From NCBI GenBank assembly GCA_005877185.1, contig VBPQ01000028.1, positions 1 to 34,662 of the forward strand: a stretch of DNA of 34,662 bases. The letters are read 5' to 3'. The notes beneath the pieces are model-generated. The model was not told the DNA's origin. It made no database searches and saw only the letters and a list, made by a program, of their open reading frames with translations. The stretch's first letter is position 1. Each line of letters begins with the position of its first letter. This stretch comes from Nitrososphaerota archaeon. Lineage in GTDB: Archaea; Thermoproteota; Nitrososphaeria; Nitrososphaerales; Gagatemarchaeaceae. Positions 26,243-34,662 of this stretch are shown one piece after another. A program made the translations under genes and the position numbers.

Positions 26243-27475
26243 CTAATCCACCTTCGCCATTCTTGCCCTGTCCAACTTTTCGGCCCTCATCAGAAGGGCA
26301 TTTAACTTTGCAGTGCGCTCCGCGCCCACTATCCCGCACTTCATCAGAGCGCACCCAAATCCGATCGCTATATCGGCGAGGTGGGGGTCCTCGTTGTCTC
26401 CCGACCGATGAGAGGCGATGAGTGTCTGTCCCCCTTTCTTGGAGGAGGAGCTGAACTCCTGCGCCTCGCCGAGAGTTCCGACCTGATTCACCTTTACGAT
26501 AACCCCGCTCGTGCTCTTTCGGCGCGCTCCCTCCTCCAGCCTCTCCAAGTTGGTCGTGTAGAGGTCATCACCGACTACGAGTCTCTTCCCCCTGAGCGAG
26601 GAGGTGAGGTCGGCGAAGCCGTCGAAGTCTTCCTCCTGAAGAGGGTCCTCGACGTAGAAGAGGTCAAACCTGTCGCAGAGCTCCGCCACATAGGAGAGCT
26701 GCCCCTCCCTGTCGACAGACTTTCCGGAAGCGCGGTACCAGTACCTCCCGTCCTTCGGGTTGTACAGCGAGCCGGCTGCGAAGTCGACCCCAACCCGAAT
26801 CTTCCTCCCAGACTTGTCGGCGACCTCCCGCGCAGCCTCCGAAGCCAGTTGAATGGCCTCTTCGTCAGTCAGGCCCGGGCACCACCCTCCCTCGTCCCCC
26901 CTCCCGACGGGGTAGGGGAGTCTGCTCGAGAGCTCCCTTCCGACCCTGGAATGAACATCGAAGTTGAGCTGGATTGCCTCCCTCACGGACCTGGCACCGA
27001 GGGGGGCGACGAGTACCTCTTGGATGCTCGGCGACTTCTCGCCCGCGTGCTTCCCTCCGCCGATCACATTCCCCAGCGGGTAGGGGAGCGAGTTGCAGCG
27101 GGGGTCGATTAGACGACAGGGGAGAACTCCTCTCGCGCTCGAGGCGGCGACGGCGGCCGCGAGGCTGATGGAGTATGCCGCCGAGCCACCTATCCTAGAG
27201 TAGTTCGGCGTCCCGTCAATCTTCTTTATGGTGGAGGCGAGTCCCCGGAGGTCGGCCGCGTCCTCGCCGATGACCCTGCGCTTGTAGGTGGAAACAAGCC
27301 TAGCGGTCTCGTCTGGGCCGCCGGGGGAGAAGGGTGCCGCCTCATGAATGCCGCGGCTCGCACCGGAGGGGGAAAGCGCTCTTCCGACCTCGCCGCCGGC
27401 CGAGAGCTCTGCCTCGATTCCCGGGTCGCCCCTCCCGTTGAACGCGACCCGCGCCGAGAGCGCTTGTATGCGCAA
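26243..27475 (-). CDS. eno: Enolase
   Basis: PSGASRG, GGGKHAG, GDEGG, VEDP, VGDDL, KVNQVG, SHRSG. TTG start at 27475 inferred. Confidence 0.93.
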   Translation of the reverse strand: MRIQALSARVAFNGRGDPGIEAELSAGGEVGRALSPSGASRGIHEAAPFSPGGPDETARLVSTYKRRVIGEDAADLRGLASTIKKIDGTPNYSRIGGSAAYSISLAAAVAASSARGVLPCRLIDPRCNSLPYPLGNVIGGGKHAGEKSPSIQEVLVAPLGARSVREAIQLNFDVHSRVGRELSSRLPYPVGRGDEGGWCPGLTDEEAIQLASEAAREVADKSGRKIRVGVDFAAGSLYNPKDGRYWYRASGKSVDREGQLSYVAELCDRFDLFYVEDPLQEEDFDGFADLTSSLRGKRLVVGDDLYTTNLERLEEGARRKSTSGVIVKVNQVGTLGEAQEFSSSSKKGGQTLIASHRSGDNEDPHLADIAIGFGCALMKCGIVGAERTAKLNALLMRAEKLDRARMAKVD

Positions 27476-27486
27476 CGCTGAACCAG

Positions 27487-27699
27487 TCAGTAGTTTGTGC
27501 CCTTCTTGCCGAAGAACGGAAGGACCTGGTCGATGACGTCGACGGAGGAGATCAGCATCCGCCTGCAGCAGTACCTCTTCAGCCCGAGTTCGTCTAGAAC
27601 CTTTGCCGGGTCCTCTCCCGCCTTTACCTTCGTCTCGAAGGTAGAAAACTTGTCTCCGACAAGGGAGCCGCAGGTGAAGCACCTAATTGGGATCATCAT
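27487..27699 (-). CDS. rpoN: DNA-directed RNA polymerase subunit N (Rpo10)
   Basis: [11 protein letters not shown]...RYCCRRML. Confidence 0.97.
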   Translation of the reverse strand: MMIPIRCFTCGSLVGDKFSTFETKVKAGEDPAKVLDELGLKRYCCRRMLISSVDVIDQVLPFFGKKGTNY

Positions 27700-27883
27700 A
27701 GATGGCCCATCCTCGCTCCGTGGTCCCAAATAAGACCTTCTGTCGCTGCATCGCAAGTCTTCCATGCCTCGCGCTGACAAGCCTTCGCATGATCCACTGC
27801 TTGAGTTGCCTCATCTACCGGGGCTGAGAGCTTTCCAGGGAAAACTGCCTTCACCACCCGAAGCATGCGGTTCGGTCATCACC

Positions 27884-28432
27884 TTACCGATAGCTCTTCT
27901 GCCTCTTTCTCCGCGCACCCGGCCCACCAAACTTCTTCGGCTCTGCTTGTCTCGGGTCGCCCGAGAGGAGATATTTATTGTATGCATTCATCCTCTCCCT
28001 CGCCTCGTTTCCTCTTGACTGGTCCACGTACGCCCTCGCGATTGCCATCGCCGCCGCGTCCGCCTGGCCCATGAAGCCCCCGCCCGCAACCTTCACGTCG
28101 ATGTCGAACCTCTCCCTCAACTCTCCCGAGACTAGAGCGGGACCGAGCATGTGCAGCCTCGCCACCTCTGGCTCCCAAAGCTCAAGGATGCGTCCGTTGA
28201 CCCTGACCTTCCCCGTACCCGGATAAATCGAAGCGGTCGCCCTGGCAGTCTTTCTCGCCCCAGAATAAAGCTTGACCCTCTTCGCCTGCAACTTTGGTGG
28301 GACTTTCTTCTTCTCCTCCTTCTTCTCTGGCCGCTTCGGCGCCGGGACCGCCTCCTCCTGAGTCACCTTCCCCTCCTCCTTCTCCTCCTCCTCGCCCCTC
28401 TGACTTTTCGCATATCCCGTTCCTGTCATCAT
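27884..28432 (-). CDS. rps9: 30S ribosomal protein S9 with a 47-aa repeat-encoded N-terminal extension
   Basis: GARKTARA, GGGFMGQADA, EPKKFGGPGARRKRQKSYR. Confidence 0.96.
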   Translation of the reverse strand: MMTGTGYAKSQRGEEEEKEEGKVTQEEAVPAPKRPEKKEEKKKVPPKLQAKRVKLYSGARKTARATASIYPGTGKVRVNGRILELWEPEVARLHMLGPALVSGELRERFDIDVKVAGGGFMGQADAAAMAIARAYVDQSRGNEARERMNAYNKYLLSGDPRQAEPKKFGGPGARRKRQKSYR

Positions 28433-28438
28433 GGCAGT
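28292..28438. repeat. 147-bp direct repeat, copy 1 (5' end of rps9)
   Basis: Matches 28916-29062 with one mismatch (K/R codon). Confidence 0.95.
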
Positions 28439-28444
28439 GTCTCC

Positions 28445-29056
28445 TCACTCGCTCCATCCAAGGTTCTTCGAAAGCTCCTTCACGGTGATATAGACCGGGA
28501 TGGGCCTCGTCGCCTGAGCATCTTCAAACCTGGCGAAATTCATCGCCTTCATCTCCTCCGGGACTCCGATGTAGATCCTGAGTCGCTTCATCGCGGCAGC
28601 TCCCTTCGGCTTCCGCCTAGGGACCATCCCCCTCACCATCCTCCTCAGAATCGTGTCTGGTCTCCTGGGGTGGATCGGGCCGTAAATCGGGTTCACCCTG
28701 CTCGCGATTTCTAGCCTCTCCATCCACTGACGGATGACGCTGTTCCTCGCCCCGGAGATAAGCGCCCTCTCAGCGTTCACCACGGTTACACGCTTCCCGA
28801 CGAGGATCAGCTTCGCGACTTTCGAGCAGAGCCTCCCGGCAATCTGGTCTGTAGCGTCGATATTGACCATCCCGCCGAGATGGCTTGCATCGACCATCGC
28901 GACGGGCGGGGGACCCTTTGGTGGGACTTTCTTCTTCTCCTCCTTCTTCTCTGGCCGCTTCGGCGCCGGGACCGCCTCCTCCTGAGTCACCTTCCCCTCC
29001 TCCTTCTCCTCCTCCTCGCCCCTCTGACTTCTCGCATATCCCGTTCCTGTCATCAT
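28445..29056 (-). CDS. rpl13: 50S ribosomal protein L13 with N-terminal extension
   Basis: IDATDQIAGRL, VVNAE, GPIHPRRPD, VRGMVP, RLRIYIGVP. Confidence 0.96.
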   Translation of the reverse strand: MMTGTGYARSQRGEEEEKEEGKVTQEEAVPAPKRPEKKEEKKKVPPKGPPPVAMVDASHLGGMVNIDATDQIAGRLCSKVAKLILVGKRVTVVNAERALISGARNSVIRQWMERLEIASRVNPIYGPIHPRRPDTILRRMVRGMVPRRKPKGAAAMKRLRIYIGVPEEMKAMNFARFEDAQATRPIPVYITVKELSKNLGWSE

Positions 29057-29062
29057 GGCAGT
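28916..29062. repeat. 147-bp direct repeat, copy 2 (5' end of rpl13)
   Basis: Matches 28292-28438, 624 bp apart. Confidence 0.95.
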
Positions 29063-29158
29063 ATCCCCCTCCCTACACGGTGACGAGCCTTATCCTCAGC
29101 ATCTTGTCTCCCTTTTGAAGGAACGGCTCGACGCTGTTGTTGTACGAAGACGCAGGGT

Positions 29159-29515
29159 TCACTCGACAAGCAGAACACCGCTCCCCTTCGGATACTTCTT
29201 CACGAAATCCTGGACTCCGAGCGCCTGACCTCCAGCATCCTCGATCTTCTTCCTCGCCGCGCCTGAGTAGGAGTAAGCCCCCACGACAAGCTTCTTCGTC
29301 AGGAGACCCGAACCCAAGACCTTCCCCGGGACGAAGACCGCCGTGGCCTTCGAAACGATCCCTGAAATATGGTCGAGGTTCACCTCCACTCTCCTGGAGG
29401 AGGTCGTCAGGAGCATTTCGGAAGCCTCCTTCCAGATCGCCGCCTTCTCCTTCCTCCCTTTCCGCTCGAGCATCACCGCCGCCGATTTGCGGATGGGGTT
29501 TCTAGTGGTCATCAC
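29159..29515 (-). CDS. rpl18e: 50S ribosomal protein L18e
   Basis: AAIWK, RRVEVNL, VPGKVLGSG, ARKKIEDAGG. Confidence 0.96.
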   Translation of the reverse strand: MMTTRNPIRKSAAVMLERKGRKEKAAIWKEASEMLLTTSSRRVEVNLDHISGIVSKATAVFVPGKVLGSGLLTKKLVVGAYSYSGAARKKIEDAGGQALGVQDFVKKYPKGSGVLLVE

Positions 29516-30144
29516 TTCTCGGCCACGCTAACCTGTATCTCCTTGAGCTTTTCCTCAAGGATCTGGACTGCCTTCACGACGATCTCCCTGGCGGGGAGGC
29601 TTCCCGCTGTTTCGACCTTTAGCAAGAAGCTGTCGCCTGACTTCCCGTCGGTGAGGGAGGCGATGCTGCAGGGCTGCCATTTCGCGTGCTCCTTCCCCCT
29701 GCCCAGCCTCGCATAAGCCTCGAGCTTGACGGCCTGACCAGGCGCCAGCTTGATGAGGGGGATGGTCTCGCTTATCGGACGGATGTCCCTGTCCTCTGAC
29801 ACGAGGTCCCCGGAATAGACGGTCTTTATCTTGTCTTGCGCTGACGCATCCAAGACGAGGAGCACGCGGCACTTGTGGCAGCCCAGAGGAGAGCCGCAGT
29901 CACACTTCTCGGGGAGGATGTACCTCTCGAGGTCAGTCTTGATAGGGACCATCCCGAGCCTGTGGGCGAGAATCTCGTCGTAGAGGACCGACGAGTTCTC
30001 GAGAATCACGACGTCATCGATGGCCATCGAAGGGACCTCGGAGATGCAAAATCTCCTGACGGCGTTCGCGTACGACCTGTCGATCCCGTCGAGCTGAAGG
30101 GTGACCTCGTTGCCGGATTCCTCGATAAGCTTGACCTTAGGCAT
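29512..30144 (-). CDS. rpoD: DNA-directed RNA polymerase subunit D (Rpo3)
   Basis: ANAVRR, NSSVLYDEILAHRLGMVPI, Rpb3-like CDC...CHKC site, GKEHAKWQP. Confidence 0.96.
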   Translation of the reverse strand: MPKVKLIEESGNEVTLQLDGIDRSYANAVRRFCISEVPSMAIDDVVILENSSVLYDEILAHRLGMVPIKTDLERYILPEKCDCGSPLGCHKCRVLLVLDASAQDKIKTVYSGDLVSEDRDIRPISETIPLIKLAPGQAVKLEAYARLGRGKEHAKWQPCSIASLTDGKSGDSFLLKVETAGSLPAREIVVKAVQILEEKLKEIQVSVAEK

Positions 30145-30262
30145 CCGCAACACCAGCTGGTTGACTTTTCACCATGCGAAGGGGCACGTTTCGCCGCGAG
30201 CGGGAATCTGGTTTAAAAGGATTGTTCGGCCATCTTGCCTTTTCGCGCTTCGCTCATAACAG

Positions 30263-30270
30263 TTTATAAT
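30263..30270 (+). promoter_or_regulatory. TATA box for the rps13 operon (leaderless spacing)
   Basis: TTTATAAT about 25 nt upstream of ATG 30295. Confidence 0.6.
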
Positions 30271-30294
30271 GCAAAGAGGACGGGCTCGACTGAG

Positions 30295-30801
30295 ATGTCG
30301 GAAAGCGTAGAGTTCAAGCACCTGGTGAGGATTCACGGCAAGGACCTCGACGGGGGGAAGAAACTCGTCGTGGCGCTCTCCGATATCAAGGGCGTCGGCG
30401 ACAACTTTGCCGCCAGCACCGTCTCCAAGCTCGGTCTAGACCCTCGTGCGAGGGTTGGCTTCCTCTCCGAGGCTCAGATACAGCTTGTCGAGAAGGCCCT
30501 GCAAGACCCCGCGTCGTTGGGGCTACCTCAGTGGTTCTACAACAGAAGGAGAGACCCAGAGACGGGTGAGAGCAAGCAACTCCTCGGGTCCGACTTGGAC
30601 CTGGCCCTGAAGAACGACATCGACAGGGAGAGTAACCAAAGGTCGTGGAAGGGGATACGTCACGCCCTCGGCTTGAAGGTGAGGGGGCAGAGGACGAGGA
30701 CGACAGGGAGGAAGGGAAGGACAGTCGGGGTGAGGAAGGCCGCGTTGGTCGCAGCCGCGAAGCAGGCGGCGGGCGAAGCCAAGAAGGAGGAGAAGAAGTG
30801 A
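30295..30801 (+). CDS. rps13: 30S ribosomal protein S13
   Basis: IKGVG, WFYNRRRD, GIRHALGLKVRGQRTRTTGR. Confidence 0.97.
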   Translation: MSESVEFKHLVRIHGKDLDGGKKLVVALSDIKGVGDNFAASTVSKLGLDPRARVGFLSEAQIQLVEKALQDPASLGLPQWFYNRRRDPETGESKQLLGSDLDLALKNDIDRESNQRSWKGIRHALGLKVRGQRTRTTGRKGRTVGVRKAALVAAAKQAAGEAKKEEKK

Positions 30802-30804
30802 CTC

Positions 30805-31326
30805 GTGGGAGACCCCAAGAAGCCACGCAAGCGGTATTCTCGACCGAAGAGTCCGTGGAGGTCTGAACAGCTCGCTCAGGAACTCTACCTCCTCGGAATA
30901 TACGGTCTGAGAAACAAGAGGGAGCTATGGAGGGCCCAGTCTCAGCTGAGTTCGACGAGGAAGCAGGCGAGAACCCTCCTCGCAGCCACTCAGGAGGTCA
31001 GGCAGAGAGACGAGAAGAAGTTCATGGACAGCCTTGTCAGGAAGGGCCTGGTAAAGTTAGGGTCACCACTAGACGACGTGCTGAGCCTCACAGTCGAGGA
31101 CGTGCTGGCGAGGCGCCTCCAGTCCATGATCTTCAAGAGGGGAATGGCAGTCTCTCCCCTGCAGGCGCGGCAGGCAATCGTCCACGGCCATGTAATCATC
31201 GGAGAGAGGCGTATCACGATACCCAGTTATCCTGTCGCGCGCGAGGAGGAGGAGAAGATCAAGCTCCTCGGCGGGTCGCGTTCCCCGCCCGCAAAGGAGG
31301 CTGCCATCCCGCCGGAGGCGAGGTAA
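30805..31326 (+). CDS. rps4: 30S ribosomal protein S4
   Basis: MGDPKKPRK, YGLRNKRELWR, RRLQS, QARQAIVHGHV. Confidence 0.97.
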   Translation: MGDPKKPRKRYSRPKSPWRSEQLAQELYLLGIYGLRNKRELWRAQSQLSSTRKQARTLLAATQEVRQRDEKKFMDSLVRKGLVKLGSPLDDVLSLTVEDVLARRLQSMIFKRGMAVSPLQARQAIVHGHVIIGERRITIPSYPVAREEEEKIKLLGGSRSPPAKEAAIPPEAR

Positions 31327-31731
31327 TTGGCGGAGGAGGAGGCGCTGAAGGATCGCTGGGCCGTCGTCCACATCTACAGCAGCTACAACAACACCATCGT
31401 GCACATCACGGACATCACGGGGGCGGAGACGATCTCCTTCTCCTCAGGCGGCAGGCACGTGAAGGCGGACAGGTTCGAGTCGTCACCTTATGCGGCGATG
31501 CGTTCAGCGAGCGCCGCCTCGGAGGTCGCCAAGACGAAGGGGATTACGGCGGTCCACATCAAGGTGAGCGCGGTCGGCGGAACGGGGCCAAGGACGCCGG
31601 GGCCGGGTGCGCAGGCGGCGATCAGGGCAATCGCGAGGGCTGGGTTCAGGATTGGAAGGATAGAGGATGTGACCCCAATCCCCCACGACACGACACGTAA
31701 GAAGGGCGGAAGGCGGGGAAGAAGAGCCTAG
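31327..31731 (+). CDS. rps11: 30S ribosomal protein S11
   Basis: [40 protein letters not shown]. Confidence 0.97.
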   Translation: MAEEEALKDRWAVVHIYSSYNNTIVHITDITGAETISFSSGGRHVKADRFESSPYAAMRSASAASEVAKTKGITAVHIKVSAVGGTGPRTPGPGAQAAIRAIARAGFRIGRIEDVTPIPHDTTRKKGGRRGRRA

Positions 31732-32682
31732 TCAGAGCCTACGTAAGGTTTCAACGCTATCGACTTTCCCATCGCCGTCGAGGTCGGTCCCTCTCAGGAC
31801 GCCTCCCCATCTTCCACTCCTGTACCCCTTCAGAGTGTCATCGGCGAAGGTCGTGAGGGCCAGAATCCCTGCCTTCGTCCCCGCGCCGGTGACGCCCGCG
31901 CAGATTACGCAGGTCCTCGATTCGTCCCAAGGGTTGGGCCCCTTCACGACCATGCAATCAAAGTCTGATTCGTATACCCTCCCTCTGTCGTCGCTGAACG
32001 AGGTCCAGGACCCATCGTCCGCGAACTTGATGGGGAGGTACTTGTTTATCTCGGCTGATATGACGTTCGTTCGCGGACCTCCCACGATTATCATGTTGGA
32101 GCGTTCAAGCTTCTCGGCTCTGATGTCGACGTCAAGCTTTACAGGGAAGGCGGTTGGAAGCCTGACAAACTGGCCCAAGGCGAACCCTAGCTGGACGGCG
32201 TAGTGGCCATCCCTACCCAGAGTCATCCTGGGACCGTGAGGGGATGGTGAGCCCACGACGATCCAACCGTTGAAGGTCCCGCCACCGACAAACTCGTTGA
32301 AGAAGTTCCCGAAGGCCCTCGATCGGGTGGCGGCGGAGATCGAAGGAAGCACCTCACCCTTAACATCAAACTCGACGGCGTAGCCGTCTGAGGAGAGTGT
32401 GTAGACGTTCGCCCTCCCTCCCCGGACATCGTGGCTCTCCAATTTCGTGATGAGACCCGACCTCTGGAGCCGCCCGACATGATAATAGACCGTCTGGTGG
32501 TGGGTCTTGAGCTCACGAGCGATCTGGGCTGGATACTTGGGACCCTTTGCGAGAATCGCAAGAATCTTCCGCCCCACCTCGGTGAAGGCTGGCGCGAAGG
32601 GCCTCGGAGAGTCTGAGACAAGGACCCTCCGTGCGGTCGCCCCTTGGGACTTGGGGTCGAAGAGCAGTTTCTCTTCAGCCAT
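31732..32682 (-). CDS. ArsR-type wHTH regulator fused to a C-terminal domain with an S-layer-like IVGGP motif
   Basis: KYPAQIARELKTHHQTVYYHVGRL. C-terminal NMIIVGGPRTN and NPWD...AG...GTKA. Start at 32682 chosen from TATA-like spacing. Confidence 0.75.
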   Translation of the reverse strand: MAEEKLLFDPKSQGATARRVLVSDSPRPFAPAFTEVGRKILAILAKGPKYPAQIARELKTHHQTVYYHVGRLQRSGLITKLESHDVRGGRANVYTLSSDGYAVEFDVKGEVLPSISAATRSRAFGNFFNEFVGGGTFNGWIVVGSPSPHGPRMTLGRDGHYAVQLGFALGQFVRLPTAFPVKLDVDIRAEKLERSNMIIVGGPRTNVISAEINKYLPIKFADDGSWTSFSDDRGRVYESDFDCMVVKGPNPWDESRTCVICAGVTGAGTKAGILALTTFADDTLKGYRSGRWGGVLRGTDLDGDGKVDSVETLRRL

Positions 32683-32817
32683 GACTCGTTGGGGCGACAT
32701 GAGGGGGGACATAAAGAGCTTTGCATGGTATGAGGGTCCCCGAAAGGCCCTGAAGCGAACTCGCGGTCACACCATGCACATCCAGCTCCGCATTGAAAGG
32801 ACCATGCCTTTCTAGAC

Positions 32818-32825
32818 CTTATAAG
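32818..32825 (+). promoter_or_regulatory. TATA-like box for glmS
   Basis: CTTATAAG about 23 nt upstream of ATG 32848. Confidence 0.5.
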
Positions 32826-32847
32826 CCCGCGCGCAGAGCCCGCAAAT

Positions 32848-34611
32848 ATGTGCGGAATAATCGGCTGCGTGAACGACGAGGCTGTCGCGCCAATCCTGCT
32901 GCAGGGCCTGAAGAGGGTCGAATACAGGGGGTATGACTCGGCCGGCGTCGCGACTGTCTCCGAGAGCGCAATCAGAGTGAGGAAGGCAGCCGGGAGGATA
33001 GACGACATCGAAAGAAAATATGGCCTCTCCTCCTTGACCGGGACGACAGGCATCGCCCACACCCGTTGGGCGACCCACGGAGGCGTCACGGACCAGAACG
33101 CACACCCTCACACTTCGTGCAAAGAGAGGGTAGCGATAGTTCACAACGGGATAATCGAGAACTACCTGGAATTGAAGAAGCAATTGCGCGCCAAGGGACA
33201 CATCTTCAAGAGCGAGACGGACAGCGAAGTGATCGCACACCTGATAGAAGGCGAGTACCGCAAGGTCAGGGACCCTGTGAAGGCGACGATTCTGGCGGCG
33301 AAGAGACTGAAGGGGCAGTACGCTTTCGCGGCTCTCTTCCAGGACGCTCCGGAGCTGATTACCGGGGCCAGAAAAGATGCGCCCCTGCTCATCGGAGTAG
33401 GCGACACGAAGAACTTCATCGCGAGCGACGTCCTCGCCTTCATCGAGTATACAGACAGGACGATCTTTCTGGACAACCAGGAGGTGGTGAAGGTCACCAA
33501 CCGAAGCGTGGAGATCTTCGACATGAACGCAAAGCCGGTAAAGAGAAAGCCCACGCAGGTCGCATGGGAGCTTGCCGACCTCTCGAAGCAGGACTACGCG
33601 CACTATACGCTCAAGGAGATCCACGAGCAACCCAAGACGGTCGTACGCGCGATGATGCAGAACGAAGAGAAGTTGGGGGAGTTTGTTGAAAGGATTCGTG
33701 GGGCTAGGAGTGTCTTCGTCACCGCCGCCGGGACGAGCTATCACGCGGGGCTGCTCCTGAAGTATCGCCTCGAGCGGGACGCGGCGATTAGATGCGAAGT
33801 CACCCTAGCCGGTGAATTCAGGGAGCACGCAGAGTTCGTCGACGACGGCTCGGTCGTGATCGCGATCTCTCAGAGCGGGGAGACGGCGGACCTGCTCGAA
33901 GCGATAAGAGAGGCAAGAAAGAGAGGAGCGAAGATCCTCTCCCTCGTTAACGCCACGGGATCGACGCTGGCCAGGGAGAGCGACCTCACCCTACTTCTGA
34001 ACTGCGGACCGGAGGTGGGGGTGGCTGCCACGAAGAGCTTCACCGCACAAGTCGTCGTCGCGAACCTGATCGTCGATAAACTCGTCGGCAGCGGGAATGG
34101 AAGGGGTGAAGAGGTTGCTGAAATGGTCGAGGAGGCTCTCTCCACTGAGCCGACGGTCAAAGAAATCGCGAAGATGTACAGGGAGAGATCCGACTTCTAC
34201 TTCATCGGGAGGGGGTACCACTATCCCATGGCCCTTGAGGGCGCCCTGAAGATGAAGGAGCTCTCCTACATCCATGCCGAGGGGATGGCCGCGAGCGAGC
34301 TGAAGCACGGAACGCTGGCTCTGATAGAGGACGGGACCCCCGTGGTCGTCATCAACCCGAGAGGGGAGACGCACGCCGACACCCTCTCGAACGCGGAGGA
34401 GTTGAAGGCGAGGGGAGCGAGGGTGATCGGGATCTCCGATGAACCGAGCGAGGTCTACACGCACTTCGTCAAGATACCCAGGGCGAAGGAGAATCTCTCG
34501 CCAGTACTGGAGGCGATACCGCTTCAGCTGATGGCGTACTGGACGGCCGTGGAGAAGAGAAACGACCCGGACTACCCCAGGAATCTCGCGAAGTCCGTGA
34601 CGGTCAAGTGA
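32848..34611 (+). CDS. glmS: Glutamine--fructose-6-phosphate aminotransferase (isomerizing)
   Basis: MCGI, EYRGYDSAG, HTRWATHG, SQSGETAD, PEVGVAATK, EGALKMKE, PRNLAKSVTV. Confidence 0.98.
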   Translation: MCGIIGCVNDEAVAPILLQGLKRVEYRGYDSAGVATVSESAIRVRKAAGRIDDIERKYGLSSLTGTTGIAHTRWATHGGVTDQNAHPHTSCKERVAIVHNGIIENYLELKKQLRAKGHIFKSETDSEVIAHLIEGEYRKVRDPVKATILAAKRLKGQYAFAALFQDAPELITGARKDAPLLIGVGDTKNFIASDVLAFIEYTDRTIFLDNQEVVKVTNRSVEIFDMNAKPVKRKPTQVAWELADLSKQDYAHYTLKEIHEQPKTVVRAMMQNEEKLGEFVERIRGARSVFVTAAGTSYHAGLLLKYRLERDAAIRCEVTLAGEFREHAEFVDDGSVVIAISQSGETADLLEAIREARKRGAKILSLVNATGSTLARESDLTLLLNCGPEVGVAATKSFTAQVVVANLIVDKLVGSGNGRGEEVAEMVEEALSTEPTVKEIAKMYRERSDFYFIGRGYHYPMALEGALKMKELSYIHAEGMAASELKHGTLALIEDGTPVVVINPRGETHADTLSNAEELKARGARVIGISDEPSEVYTHFVKIPRAKENLSPVLEAIPLQLMAYWTAVEKRNDPDYPRNLAKSVTVK

Positions 34612-34662
34612 GGCGAGACGACGAACTCCTACTTCGACGAGATTGCATCGGGATGGGAGAAG

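Noticed and set aside
27476..27682. N-terminal extension of enolase
   Set aside because: Overlaps rpoN out of frame. Homology starts at TTG 27475.
27700..27883. tRNA gene near rps9/rpoN, as in some archaea
   Set aside because: No T-loop GTTCRA motif or cloverleaf on either strand.
34612..34662. Peptide TTNSYFDEIASGWEK after glmS, resembling a methyltransferase N-terminus
   Set aside because: Only 51 nt, no canonical in-frame start, and cut by the window edge.
1..34662. CRISPR array or rRNA genes
   Set aside because: No regularly spaced repeats or rRNA signature sequences seen.

Overview
GC-rich archaeal chromosome segment. Gene content and synteny suggest a non-ammonia-oxidising Nitrososphaerota/TACK lineage (inference). 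Left to right: a cell-surface glycosylation locus (two GT-A-like paralogues, epimerase, nucleotide-sugar dehydrogenase, methyltransferase, flippase) with nadE; the rpoE1-spt4-DPCK-rps24e-rps27ae operon; a nucleotidyltransferase-kinase fusion / HExxH protein / Lrp block; a secreted two-repeat protein; the rpl7ae-rps28e-rpl24e-ndk-aIF5B-rps6e operon, interrupted by an antisense free-standing LAGLIDADG gene and preceded by a complete IS5-family element (19-bp TIRs, 8-bp TSD); the rpoD-rpl18e-rpl13-rps9-rpoN-eno-rps2-MEMO1-mvk-ipk-GGPS-gltX superoperon; a divergent rps13-rps4-rps11 block; an ArsR-type regulator; and glmS. Most unusual observations: (1) a 147-bp direct repeat gives L13 and S9 a near-identical 47-aa N-terminal extension; (2) the LAGLIDADG insert is bracketed by a long-range, BHB-like RNA duplex and sits next to an S28e with a hydrophobic tail; (3) the NTase-kinase fusion module. 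No tRNA, rRNA or CRISPR array was recognised. All calls were made by eye, without database searches.
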